Shown here piece by piece: positions 19,809 through 28,858 of a stretch of DNA of 64,000 nucleotides (positions within the stretch are counted from its first letter, which is position 1; each line of letters opens with the position of its first letter). The notes below the pieces were generated by a model. The model was not told the origin of the DNA. It did not search any database and saw only the letters and a list, made by a program, of their open reading frames with translations. A program made the position numbers and the translations under genes. The stretch lies in contig JBGTNH010000020.1 of NCBI GenBank assembly GCA_041743165.1, positions 5,157-69,156 on the forward strand, read 5' to 3'. The stretch is from Gillisia sp. GTDB lineage: Bacteria > Bacteroidota > Bacteroidia > Flavobacteriales > Flavobacteriaceae.

Positions 19809-21461
19809 ATGACAACTACTTTTGAATTCTGGGATTATATAATTTTTATTGGGTATGCGGTAATTATTCTTGGTGTGGGCCTCTGGGTATCCAGAGAAAA
19901 GAAAGGGCATCAAAAAAATGCCGAAGATTATTTTCTGGCCAGTAAATCCTTACCATGGTGGGCAATTGGAACCTCCCTTATTGCAGCAAATATCTCGGCA
20001 GAGCAATTTATAGGTATGTCAGGATCAGGATTTGCCCTTGGTCTCGCTATTGCGTCTTATGAATGGATGGCGGCAATAACCCTTATCATTGTTGGAAAAT
20101 ATTTTCTACCCATTTTTATAGAAAAAGGGCTTTACACAATTCCTGAATTTGTTGAAAAACGCTATTCAACTAATCTCAAAACCATATTGGCGGTTTTTTG
20201 GATCGCACTTTATATTTTTGTTAACCTTACCTCGGTTCTTTATTTGGGTTCGCTTGCATTAGAAACTATAATGGGAATTCCGCTGGTATACGGAATATTG
20301 AGTCTCGCATTATTTGCTGCAGCATATTCCCTTTATGGCGGACTCAAAGCCGTGGCATGGACAGATGTGATCCAGGTTGTATTTCTTGTTTTGGGTGGTT
20401 TTGCCACTGCCTATTTTGCGCTTAATATGGTTTCGGAAGGGGAAGGTTTCATAGCCGGTCTGGGAACAATTTACGAAGCCGCACCAGATCGTTTTGCGAT
20501 GATCCTCGATAAATCCAATCCTGAATATAAGAATCTTCCCGGATTGGGAGTATTATTGGGGGGTATGTGGGTGGCCAACCTTTATTACTGGGGATTCAAT
20601 CAATATATCATTCAGCGAACCCTTGCGGCTAAATCCCTTAAGGAGGCTCAAAAAGGTATTCTTCTGGCGGCAGGATTAAAATTGATCATTCCTCTAATCG
20701 TTGTTATACCAGGAATTGCCGCCTACGTAATTGTAAATGATCCGGGTATCCTTGGACGGCTTGGTGAAGCAGGATTGGTGAATTTACCATCAGATGGGCA
20801 GGCAGACAGAGCATATCCCTGGCTGTTGCAGTTCCTGCCTACAGGTTTGAAAGGAGTGGCTTTTGCCGCCCTGGCGGCAGCAATAGTTTCCTCCCTTGCT
20901 TCTATGCTTAATTCTACTTCTACCATATTCACAATGGATATCTATAAGCAGTATTTTAATAAGAATGCCAGCGATAGGGCAACAGTGAATACAGGCCGAA
21001 TCTCTGCAACGGTAGCATTGATCATTGCATGCATCATGGCACCTTTATTGGGAGGAATTGACCAGGCTTTCCAATTTATTCAGGAGTATACCGGAGTAGT
21101 GAGTCCGGGTATTCTGGCAGTCTTCGTCCTTGGACTCTTCTGGAAAAAAACCACTAATAAAGCGGCTATAATTGGCGCCCTCTCCTCTATTCCTATAGCT
21201 ATGTATTTCAAAGTGGGTCCCAAAGGCTGGTCTTCCAGTCCAATATTTTTGGATGTTCCTTTCCTGGATCAAATGGGATATACGGCGGTGCTCACCATGA
21301 TTATTATAGCAATAGTTTCCCTGGTTGAAAATAAAGGGAAAGATGATGCGAAGGGAATTTTTATATCCAAAAAATTATTTGATACCAGTCCGGCTTTTAA
21401 TATTGGAGCCTTTGCACTTATGATCATTCTGGTGGTATTGTATGCACTTTTCTGGAAATAG
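19809..21461 (+). CDS. Sodium/sugar (galactose/glucose) symporter, SSS family
   Basis: EDYFLASKSLPWWAIG.SLIAANISAEQFIGMSG, GGLKAVAWTD, NQYIIQRTLAAK. Confidence 0.93.
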   Translation: MTTTFEFWDYIIFIGYAVIILGVGLWVSREKKGHQKNAEDYFLASKSLPWWAIGTSLIAANISAEQFIGMSGSGFALGLAIASYEWMAAITLIIVGKYFLPIFIEKGLYTIPEFVEKRYSTNLKTILAVFWIALYIFVNLTSVLYLGSLALETIMGIPLVYGILSLALFAAAYSLYGGLKAVAWTDVIQVVFLVLGGFATAYFALNMVSEGEGFIAGLGTIYEAAPDRFAMILDKSNPEYKNLPGLGVLLGGMWVANLYYWGFNQYIIQRTLAAKSLKEAQKGILLAAGLKLIIPLIVVIPGIAAYVIVNDPGILGRLGEAGLVNLPSDGQADRAYPWLLQFLPTGLKGVAFAALAAAIVSSLASMLNSTSTIFTMDIYKQYFNKNASDRATVNTGRISATVALIIACIMAPLLGGIDQAFQFIQEYTGVVSPGILAVFVLGLFWKKTTNKAAIIGALSSIPIAMYFKVGPKGWSSSPIFLDVPFLDQMGYTAVLTMIIIAIVSLVENKGKDDAKGIFISKKLFDTSPAFNIGAFALMIILVVLYALFWK

Positions 21462-21848
21462 GATTCAAAGTTTAAAATTTAAAATTCAAGATTCAAGATT
21501 CCAGGTTTCGGCTTCCAGATAACAGATTCAAAGTTTCCCGCAGATAAACGCAAAAAAATAGCAGATCTTCGCAGAATTCTTTAGAATCAAGATTAAAGAG
21601 AAGAACCAAGAACCAAGAACCAAGAACCAAGAGTCAAGAGTCAAGAATCAAAATTCAAAATTCAAGATTCCAGGTTCCAGGTTTCATGTTTCACCGAGAC
21701 TATAAAACTCATGGTTTCCCGCAGATTTACGCAGATGAATATCATATTTCGCAGAATTCTTTAGAATCCCGATTAAAGAGAAGAGAGAAGAGAGAAGAGA
21801 CCTTATAGTGAATAGTGAATAGTGAATAGGAAATAGGAAATAGGAAAT
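21462..21848 (+). repeat. Heptamer tandem arrays with a duplicated ~180-bp unit containing CGCAGA repeats
   Basis: AGAACCA x4, AGAGTCA x2, AGATTCA/AGGTTCC, TAGTGAA x3, TAGGAAA x3; GCAGAATTCTTTAGAATC..GATTAAAGAGAAGA at 21571 and 21751. Confidence 0.9.
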
Positions 21849-21965
21849 TAATCTTAAAGAAAATTCTGGGAAATTTATGCTCCTAACTCAACAACGAATT
21901 TATGTTACCAGAGGAAAGACACCTAATTTTAAGGCTTCACTCAAACGGTCAATCGTATTCAGGAC

Positions 21966-22062
21966 TCCACAAACCCACAACCCACAACTGTCAGTATACA
22001 TCCTACAATATACATTATACAGAAAAAACTACTCACCATTTACTATTCCCTATTCCCTAAAA
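21966..22062 (-). repeat. Drifting heptamer array abutting the galT stop
   Basis: Minus strand TAGGGAA TAGGGAA TAGTAAA TGGTGAG ... TATAATG TATATTG TAGGATG TATACTG ACAGTTG TGGGTTG TGGGTTT. Confidence 0.8.
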
Positions 22063-23093
22063 GAATAATGCACCGGTGAAAGATTCCTCAATGTCTCTGC
22101 CGCCTGCTCTGCTGTGATATCACGTTGGGGGCTTGCAAAAAGTTCATAGCCTACCATGAATTTTTTCACAGTGGCAGATCGTAAAAGGGGAGGGTAGAAG
22201 GACATATGGAAATGCCATTCAGGATGTTCTTCCACGGTAGTAGGTCTTTGGTGGATCCCGGCGGAATATGGAAAAGACGTTCCAAATAGATTGTCATACC
22301 TGATGCAAAGTTCTTTAATGATCTCTGCAAAGGATATCTCTTCTTTTGCATTCAACTGGCTGATATCAGAAAAGTGGGTACGCGGAATAATCATTACCTC
22401 ATAAGGCCATACTGCCCAATAGGGCACCAGGGCGACAAAATGATCGTTGCTTATCACCCATCTTTCCCCCGAAGCCAGTTCCTGTTCCAGATATGCACTT
22501 AGCAGGCTTTGGTTATTTGCAATCCAGTATTCCTGAAGTTTAGCTGTTTTCTTTACTACCTCATTGGGAATAGACCGTTGAGCCCATATTTGTCCGTGGG
22601 GATGCGGATTGCTGCAGCCCATAACATCTCCCTTATTTTCAAAGATCTGTACATAATTGATCCCTTCCTGTTCCCCCAATTTCCGGAATTCCTTTTTCCA
22701 TGTCTGAACCACCCGGGTAATATCTTCAATCTTCATTAGGGGTAAGGTGAGGGAATGGTCAGGTGAAAAGCATATCACTTTGCAAATACCTGTTTCAGAC
22801 TCGGCTTTTAATAGTCCGTTGGATATATTTTCTTCCGGGCCCTCAGGCATTAATGCAGGAAAATCGTTGTAAAAACTAAAAGGTTCTTTATAATCGGGGT
22901 TCACCTGGCCGCTGCTTCGTGTATTCCCCGGGCACAGATAACAGTGTGGATCGTATAGAGGTCTTTGGACGTTAGTCTGGTTTTCGGTTTTGCCCTGCCA
23001 GGGTCTGTTGGTTCTGTGTGGAGAAACCAATACCCACTCCCCGGTTAGAATATTATATCTTCTATGTGGAGCCGTATTCAGTTTTTTAGTCAT
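22050..23093 (-). CDS. galT: UDP-glucose--hexose-1-phosphate uridylyltransferase
   Basis: HRRYNILTGEWVLVSPHR, CYLCPGN, GCSNPHPHGQ, PPLLRSATVKKF. Confidence 0.96.
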   Translation of the reverse strand: MTKKLNTAPHRRYNILTGEWVLVSPHRTNRPWQGKTENQTNVQRPLYDPHCYLCPGNTRSSGQVNPDYKEPFSFYNDFPALMPEGPEENISNGLLKAESETGICKVICFSPDHSLTLPLMKIEDITRVVQTWKKEFRKLGEQEGINYVQIFENKGDVMGCSNPHPHGQIWAQRSIPNEVVKKTAKLQEYWIANNQSLLSAYLEQELASGERWVISNDHFVALVPYWAVWPYEVMIIPRTHFSDISQLNAKEEISFAEIIKELCIRYDNLFGTSFPYSAGIHQRPTTVEEHPEWHFHMSFYPPLLRSATVKKFMVGYELFASPQRDITAEQAAETLRNLSPVHYSFRE

Positions 23094-23168
23094 ATCATTT
23101 AATATTACGGGAGGTATTTTATGAAGGCATCTTAATCCTCAATATCAGAATATCGCAATTCCAATATT

Positions 23169-24332
23169 TTAAACATAACTTACTATGGTTCCCTCATCGG
23201 GGATAACGGTAATAAGGTCTGGTTTTATCGCAAATTTTTCAAAATAAGCCTCACTCACTTCTTTTCCGATTTCTTCTATCTTATCTGATTCAATAATATT
23301 TATGGTACATCCTCCAAAGCCACCACCCATCATGCGGGCACCATAGATATAGGGCTTATCTTTTACAAATTCAACCAGGTAATCAAGTTCGGGACAACTT
23401 ACTTCGTAAAGCTCCCTTAAACCTTTATGGGACCCAAACATTAGTTTTCCAAATTCTTTAAGCTCTCCTGTTTTCAGAAATTCTGCTGCCTTTAAAACAC
23501 GCATATTTTCCTGGAGCACAAATAGGACCCTATTATATTGCTTTACGCTAAGATGTTGAAGCACTCCTTTAAGCATCTCCTCATCCACATCGCGAAGGGT
23601 TTTCACATTGCGGTAGTCCTCGCTTATAATTTGCAGCGTGGTTTCACACTCCCTTCTGCGAGTATTGTATTCGCTGCTTGCAATGCTGTGAGAAACTTTT
23701 GAATTAATCAGAAGTACTTTGCAGGTGCCAAAATCTGCCGGGATATAATTAGCTTCCAGTGAGAGGCAATCCAACATAATAAGGTGGCCCTTTTTACTCA
23801 TTACAGATGCATACTGGTCCATGATCCCGCAATTGGATCCTACAAAGTTATTTTCTGCGGCCTGGGAGAGGTAAACTATTTGTTCCTTGCTCAATTCAAG
23901 ATCAAATAATGAATTAAGACCGGCTGCCAATCCGCATTCCAGGGCGGCAGAAGAGCTTATTCCTGCCCCAATGGGTACCTCACTTTTGATAATACAATCA
24001 AAACCCCGAAGCTTTTTCCCCAATTTTTGTATTTCGCTCATTACCCCAAGAATATAATTTTCCCAGGTCTCCTCCCTTTTGGTGTAGTTGTTAAGCTCAA
24101 ATTTAAGTACCGAATCAAAAGTTGCGCTATAAATAGTGCAGGAAGAGGGTGACCCATTCTTCCGCAATGCAAAAAATATCTTTTTATCAATGGCGGTGGG
24201 CATTACAAAACCCATATTATAATCTGTATGTTCCCCGATGAGATTAATCCTTCCCGGGGATGCTACCTTCACTTCCGCTAAAAATTCTCCATTAAAAGCT
24301 TGCCTGCCATTTTTGGTTCCGGGGATTTTCAC
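23169..24332 (-). CDS. galK: Galactokinase
   Basis: PGRINLIGEHTDYN, PIGAGISSSAA, CGIMDQ, GARMMGGGFGG; GTG start. Confidence 0.96.
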   Translation of the reverse strand: MKIPGTKNGRQAFNGEFLAEVKVASPGRINLIGEHTDYNMGFVMPTAIDKKIFFALRKNGSPSSCTIYSATFDSVLKFELNNYTKREETWENYILGVMSEIQKLGKKLRGFDCIIKSEVPIGAGISSSAALECGLAAGLNSLFDLELSKEQIVYLSQAAENNFVGSNCGIMDQYASVMSKKGHLIMLDCLSLEANYIPADFGTCKVLLINSKVSHSIASSEYNTRRRECETTLQIISEDYRNVKTLRDVDEEMLKGVLQHLSVKQYNRVLFVLQENMRVLKAAEFLKTGELKEFGKLMFGSHKGLRELYEVSCPELDYLVEFVKDKPYIYGARMMGGGFGGCTINIIESDKIEEIGKEVSEAYFEKFAIKPDLITVIPDEGTIVSYV

Positions 24333-24371
24333 AAGGTATAATTTAAAGAATTGTTGTTTTGTAAAGTTAAT

Positions 24372-24390
24372 AAATGTAATTTATACATTA
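24372..24390. promoter_or_regulatory. NrtR-type operator between divergent galK and the regulator
   Basis: AAATGTA-ATTTA-TACATTA, GT-N7-AC core. Confidence 0.7.
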
Positions 24391-24435
24391 ATTTCATAAC
24401 TTATAAAATTATCTGCAAAAAGTAAATGCATTAGT

Positions 24436-25137
24436 ATGGCTGAAGATGTAAAAGATTTTTATTCCCGGGAGGACAAGATGTATGTCGCAACAGACTGTAT
24501 CATTTTTGGGTTTGATGAAGCTAAAATAAAATTATTGATTTTCAAAAGAAGGGTCGAACCCCTGAAAGGTCAATGGTCACTCATAGGGAGCTTTGTAAGA
24601 ATCGATGAAGATGTTGACTCTGCGGCCCAGCGTGTTCTTATGGAAATCACGGGGCTGGAGAATGTTTTTATGGAAGAGTTGAAGACATACGGGTCTGCAA
24701 ACAGGGATCCCGGATACAGATGTGTGAGCATAGGCCAATATGCATTGATAAGAATTAATGATTATGACCGGGAATTGGTGGAAAAGCATGGAGCTCACTG
24801 GTATGATCTTGAGGATGTACCGGACCTTGTCCTGGATCACGGGCAAATGGTAAATGATGCCCTTGAGAGACTAAAAAGGAAAGCCCGGTTCCAGCCAATA
24901 GGTTTTGAATTACTTCCTGAAAAATTTACCCTTCCGCAGTTACAAAAACTTTATGAAGCCATATATCAGACAAAACTTGACGCGAGGAATTTTAGAAAAA
25001 AAGTGCTCTCCCATAATGTTCTGGAAAAATTAGATGAAAAGGATAAAACCAGTTCAAGAAGAGGAGCGTTCTTATACAAATTTGATCATAAGAATTACAG
25101 GCGTTTACTTAAATCCGGGTTCAATTTTGAGATATGA
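24436..25137 (+). CDS. NrtR-family NUDIX-wHTH transcriptional regulator
   Basis: VATDCIIFGF, WSLIGSFV, RDP, FELLPEKFTLPQLQKLYEAI, DARNFRKK, RRGAFLYKF. Confidence 0.9.
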   Translation: MAEDVKDFYSREDKMYVATDCIIFGFDEAKIKLLIFKRRVEPLKGQWSLIGSFVRIDEDVDSAAQRVLMEITGLENVFMEELKTYGSANRDPGYRCVSIGQYALIRINDYDRELVEKHGAHWYDLEDVPDLVLDHGQMVNDALERLKRKARFQPIGFELLPEKFTLPQLQKLYEAIYQTKLDARNFRKKVLSHNVLEKLDEKDKTSSRRGAFLYKFDHKNYRRLLKSGFNFEI

Positions 25138-25427
25138 TTTCAAATTGGAAAGGAACCCGGTTATATTTAAGCAATATAAATTATTGTATTTTAATAGAAA
25201 GAACATGAGTTCCTGCCATTACCGGTAGACGCCTTACTAAACCTCAAGCCAAACTTTTCACACCCAGGACTTGGGGAACAGGAGCAACCTCCACATTGTT
25301 CTTTTATACTAATTTTTTCACAGATTAATTAGTTTAACTATGTTTTAACCTTATATTCTCACTTCCTGCGGTTAAATGTAGGTAAAAAGAAGGCGCTTAT
25401 TACGGCGGTATCTCCCGGTAACAGGAC

Positions 25428-25441
25428 CGAAAACGTTTTCG
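25428..25441. promoter_or_regulatory. LacI-family operator
   Basis: Perfect palindrome CGAAAACGTTTTCG 93 bp upstream of the lacI-family gene. Confidence 0.75.
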
Positions 25442-25533
25442 TGTTGAAAACTTTTTTAAATTAGGTAATCCTTAAAATATTTATAATATTTTTACGGAAG
25501 TGCCAATTATCGATTGGTTGTTTTTATTGCCCA

Positions 25534-26556
25534 ATGAAAAAGAAACTAACTTTAAAACAAATTGCCAGGGAATTGGATGTTTCCGTTTCCACGGTTTCAA
25601 AAGCCTTGAGGGACAGCGTTGAAATTAGCGAGGATACCCGGCATAAAATAAAGGCTTTTGCCAAACTTTATAACTACAAGCCCAATAATATTGCATTAAG
25701 TCTAAAGAACAGGAGAACCAAAACAATAGGAGTATTAATTCCCGAAATAATCCATCATTTTTTCACAACGGTAATTAGTGGAATAGAGCAGGTGGCCAAT
25801 GAAAAGGGATATCATGTTATTATTTGTGTGTCTAACAATTCATTTGACAAGGAAGTTGTAAATATGGAAATTCTCGCTAATGGTAGTACAGATGGTTTTA
25901 TTATTTCTGTTGCAAAAGAAACCCAGCAAAAAGGAGATTACCATCACCTGCAGGAAGTAATAGAGCAAGGGATGCCTCTGGTTATGTTTGACCGGGTTAT
26001 AGATGAGATTAACTGTGATAAAGTGATCATTGATGATGTTATTGGTGCAAGGAAGGCTGTACAACATCTTATTAATGCTAATTGTAAAAATATAGCTCTT
26101 TTATCAACGATTGATTATGTAAGCGTGGGAAAGTTAAGAACACAGGGATATCTCGAGGCTTTAAATGAGAATAATATTGTGATCAATGAGAACCTTATAC
26201 TTAAGATAGAGGATTATGATAATAGTGAGCATGAGATCAAAGAGTTTCTTAAGGGCAAAAAAATTGACGGGTTGTTTGCCGTAAATGAACATTTTGCCAT
26301 TTATGCCATAAATGCATTTACAGCTCAGGGTCTTAAGGTGCCTGATGATGTGTCTGTAGTGGGCTTTACAAACGGGGAATTGTCAAAATTGTTTATACCC
26401 AGTCTAACCACTGTAAATCAACATGGAGCAGAGATTGGTGCCCAGGCGGCCCGTCTGCTTATTAAAAAACTTGAAAGTAAGGAAGGGGAGGAAGATGCTT
26501 TTGAGACTATTATTGTTGAAACCGGACTTATTCAACGAAATTCTACAAAAAATTGA
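25534..26556 (+). CDS. LacI-family regulator (MalR-like)
   Basis: TLKQIARELDVSVSTVSKAL, YKPNNIALSLK, PSLTTVNQ. Confidence 0.93.
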   Translation: MKKKLTLKQIARELDVSVSTVSKALRDSVEISEDTRHKIKAFAKLYNYKPNNIALSLKNRRTKTIGVLIPEIIHHFFTTVISGIEQVANEKGYHVIICVSNNSFDKEVVNMEILANGSTDGFIISVAKETQQKGDYHHLQEVIEQGMPLVMFDRVIDEINCDKVIIDDVIGARKAVQHLINANCKNIALLSTIDYVSVGKLRTQGYLEALNENNIVINENLILKIEDYDNSEHEIKEFLKGKKIDGLFAVNEHFAIYAINAFTAQGLKVPDDVSVVGFTNGELSKLFIPSLTTVNQHGAEIGAQAARLLIKKLESKEGEEDAFETIIVETGLIQRNSTKN

Positions 26557-26691
26557 AATAATTTAAACCTGATAAAAAAAATTATATCTTTATCGGCGTA
26601 AATAATATTGTCAAAACTTATATTTTCACTTCCGCTAATAATGTTTTGACAAGACTTAGTGCTTGTCGGAGTAATAAAATCAGCTCACGAT

Positions 26692-28212
26692 ATGCAAAAA
26701 CGCAATCTCAGTTTTTGGGAAATATGGAACATGAGTTTCGGTTTCCTGGGAATACAATTTGGTTTTGCCTTACAAAACGCAAACACCTCCCGAATTTTTG
26801 AAACCCTTGGTGCAAATGTTGAAGATATCCCCATTTTATGGATAGCTGCTCCTGTCACAGGGTTAATTGTTCAGCCAATAATAGGTTATTTTAGTGACAG
26901 GACCTGGACAAGGCTTGGACGCCGAAGGCCTTATTTTCTTATTGGCGCAATTCTTTCCTCAATCGCATTATTTATAATGCCGAATTCCCCCACGTTATGG
27001 ATTGCTGCCGGTACTTTGTGGATCATGGATGCATCCATAAATATTTCCATGGAACCCTTTCGGGCTTTTGTAGGAGATAATTTGCCGGAACGGCAAAGAA
27101 CTCTTGGATTTGCCATGCAAAGTTTTTTTATTGGAATAGGTGCAGTTGTAGGATCTGCCTTGCCCTGGATATTTACAAACCTCATAGGTTTGAGCAATAC
27201 TGCCCCGGAGGGAGTCATACCAGACTCGGTAAAATGGTCTTTTTATGTGGGAGGTGTAGTTTTCTTCCTCGCCGTACTCTGGACGGTAATAAAATCAAGG
27301 GAATATACTCCCGCTCAACTGGCGGCTTTTGAAGAAGCTAAGCAAAAAGTGAATCCCGCCGTAGTTGAAGTTGTTGACAAGATAAAGAATATAAGAAATC
27401 AATTCATTTCAGGCTTGATCATGTTTATCACCGGGCTTGCGGTCTCTGCAGTAATTTATTATAATGATCTTACCCAGGAATTATATATACTCTTCATTGG
27501 CTTGATAATTATAGGTCTGCTATTTATGGTTGTGTCCCAGTTACGCTCTAAAGAGGTCAGGAATGGATTCACAATAATAATGACAGATATGTTGAATATG
27601 CCTCCTACCATGAAACAACTGGCGTGGGTACAATTTTTCTCCTGGTTTGCATTATTCTCCATGTGGATCTATACTACCCAGGCGGTAACCGGTCATGTCT
27701 TTGGAACCACAGATCCTACCAGTGTTCTTTATAATGACGCGGCAGACTGGGTAACCATAATGTTTGGAGTTTACAATGGAGTGGCAGCTGCTGTTGCATT
27801 CCTGTTGCCGGTACTGGCCAGAAGGACCAGTAATAAATTTACACATATGCTGGCACTTATTGCAGGAGGTTTGGGCTTGCTATCTATTTATTTTGTGTCA
27901 GATAAAATAGGTTTAATAATGGCCATGGTGGGTGTGGGAATCGCATGGGCGAGTATACTTTCAATTCCCTACGCGATGCTGTCGGGTTCATTACCGGCAG
28001 ACAAAATGGGGTATTATATGGGTGTGTTTAACTTCTTTATTGTAATCCCCCAAATAGTGGCAGCCACCATTCTTGGATTTCTGGTCAAGGAATATTTTAA
28101 CAGTGAACCAATTTATGCGCTTATGATAGGTGGATTTGCTTTTATTCTGTCAGGCCTTCTCACATTAAGAGTAAAAACACAACGTAAAATAGATATAAGT
28201 GTACAGCACTAA
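26692..28212 (+). CDS. MFS maltose/sugar transporter
   Basis: WNMSFGFLGIQFGFALQ, QPIIGYFSDRTW..GRRRPYF, GYYMGVFNFFIVIPQ; start at ATG 26692 preferred. Confidence 0.9.
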   Translation: MQKRNLSFWEIWNMSFGFLGIQFGFALQNANTSRIFETLGANVEDIPILWIAAPVTGLIVQPIIGYFSDRTWTRLGRRRPYFLIGAILSSIALFIMPNSPTLWIAAGTLWIMDASINISMEPFRAFVGDNLPERQRTLGFAMQSFFIGIGAVVGSALPWIFTNLIGLSNTAPEGVIPDSVKWSFYVGGVVFFLAVLWTVIKSREYTPAQLAAFEEAKQKVNPAVVEVVDKIKNIRNQFISGLIMFITGLAVSAVIYYNDLTQELYILFIGLIIIGLLFMVVSQLRSKEVRNGFTIIMTDMLNMPPTMKQLAWVQFFSWFALFSMWIYTTQAVTGHVFGTTDPTSVLYNDAADWVTIMFGVYNGVAAAVAFLLPVLARRTSNKFTHMLALIAGGLGLLSIYFVSDKIGLIMAMVGVGIAWASILSIPYAMLSGSLPADKMGYYMGVFNFFIVIPQIVAATILGFLVKEYFNSEPIYALMIGGFAFILSGLLTLRVKTQRKIDISVQH

Positions 28213-28855
28213 AGGAGTAATATTTGATCTGGACGGCGTTATCGTTGATACCGCAAAATTCCATTATCTGGCCTGGAGAAAACTGGCGAACGATCTTGGT
28301 TTTGACATTACTGAAGCTCAAAATGAACAATTAAAGGGTGTAAGCAGGGTACGATCTCTGGAAAAGATATTGGAATGGGGTAAAAAAACCCTTACAGAAG
28401 ACCAGTTCATGGAACAAATGGCGATCAAGAATGATAATTATCTGTCTTATATCTCTACCATGACAGCAAAGGATATTTTACCCGGAGTAAATAAGGTCAT
28501 CGATTTTCTACTTGAAAAACAGGTTCCCATTGCTCTTGGATCTGCCAGTAAAAATGCCAGATCCATTCTTGAGAAAACCGGTTTATATCAAAGTTTTGAT
28601 GCGGTAGTAGATGGTAATGATGTGAGTAAAGCCAAACCAGACCCGGAAGTTTTCTTGAGAGCCGCTTCCAAATTGGGAGTGGAATCCCACGATTGTATAG
28701 TATTTGAAGATTCCCAGGCGGGGATTGAAGCCGCAAAAAATGCCGGAATGTTGAGCATAGGAATTGGAGATAAGGAAGTTTTAAAAAGTGGTGATCATGT
28801 TTTTGAGGATTTCACCAAAATAGAAATAGATTTTATAAAAGCAATATTGAAATAG
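28199..28855 (+). CDS. pgmB: Beta-phosphoglucomutase (HAD)
   Basis: FDLDGVIVDTA, SASKNA, KPDPEVF, FEDSQAG; precedes GH65. Confidence 0.92.
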   Translation: MYSTKGVIFDLDGVIVDTAKFHYLAWRKLANDLGFDITEAQNEQLKGVSRVRSLEKILEWGKKTLTEDQFMEQMAIKNDNYLSYISTMTAKDILPGVNKVIDFLLEKQVPIALGSASKNARSILEKTGLYQSFDAVVDGNDVSKAKPDPEVFLRAASKLGVESHDCIVFEDSQAGIEAAKNAGMLSIGIGDKEVLKSGDHVFEDFTKIEIDFIKAILK

Positions 28856-28858
28856 ATT

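Noticed and set aside
21462-21848. CRISPR array
   Set aside because: Units are 7-9-bp tandem repeats or one 180-bp duplication, with no constant repeat plus unique spacers and no cas genes.
21850-22068. 63-aa ORF 21877-22068 and a possible four-helix-bundle remnant (ILKKILGNL)
   Set aside because: The ORF largely translates repeat DNA, and the remnant similarity is too short to support.
25140-25345. Possible degraded susC 5' end on the minus strand
   Set aside because: Only vague signal-peptide-like fragments broken by stops; no diagnostic motif.
26599-26650. TGTCAAAAC...GTTTTGACA inverted repeat before the MFS gene
   Set aside because: It could be a terminator or an operator, but it matches neither the LacI palindrome nor a U-tailed hairpin, so function cannot be assigned.
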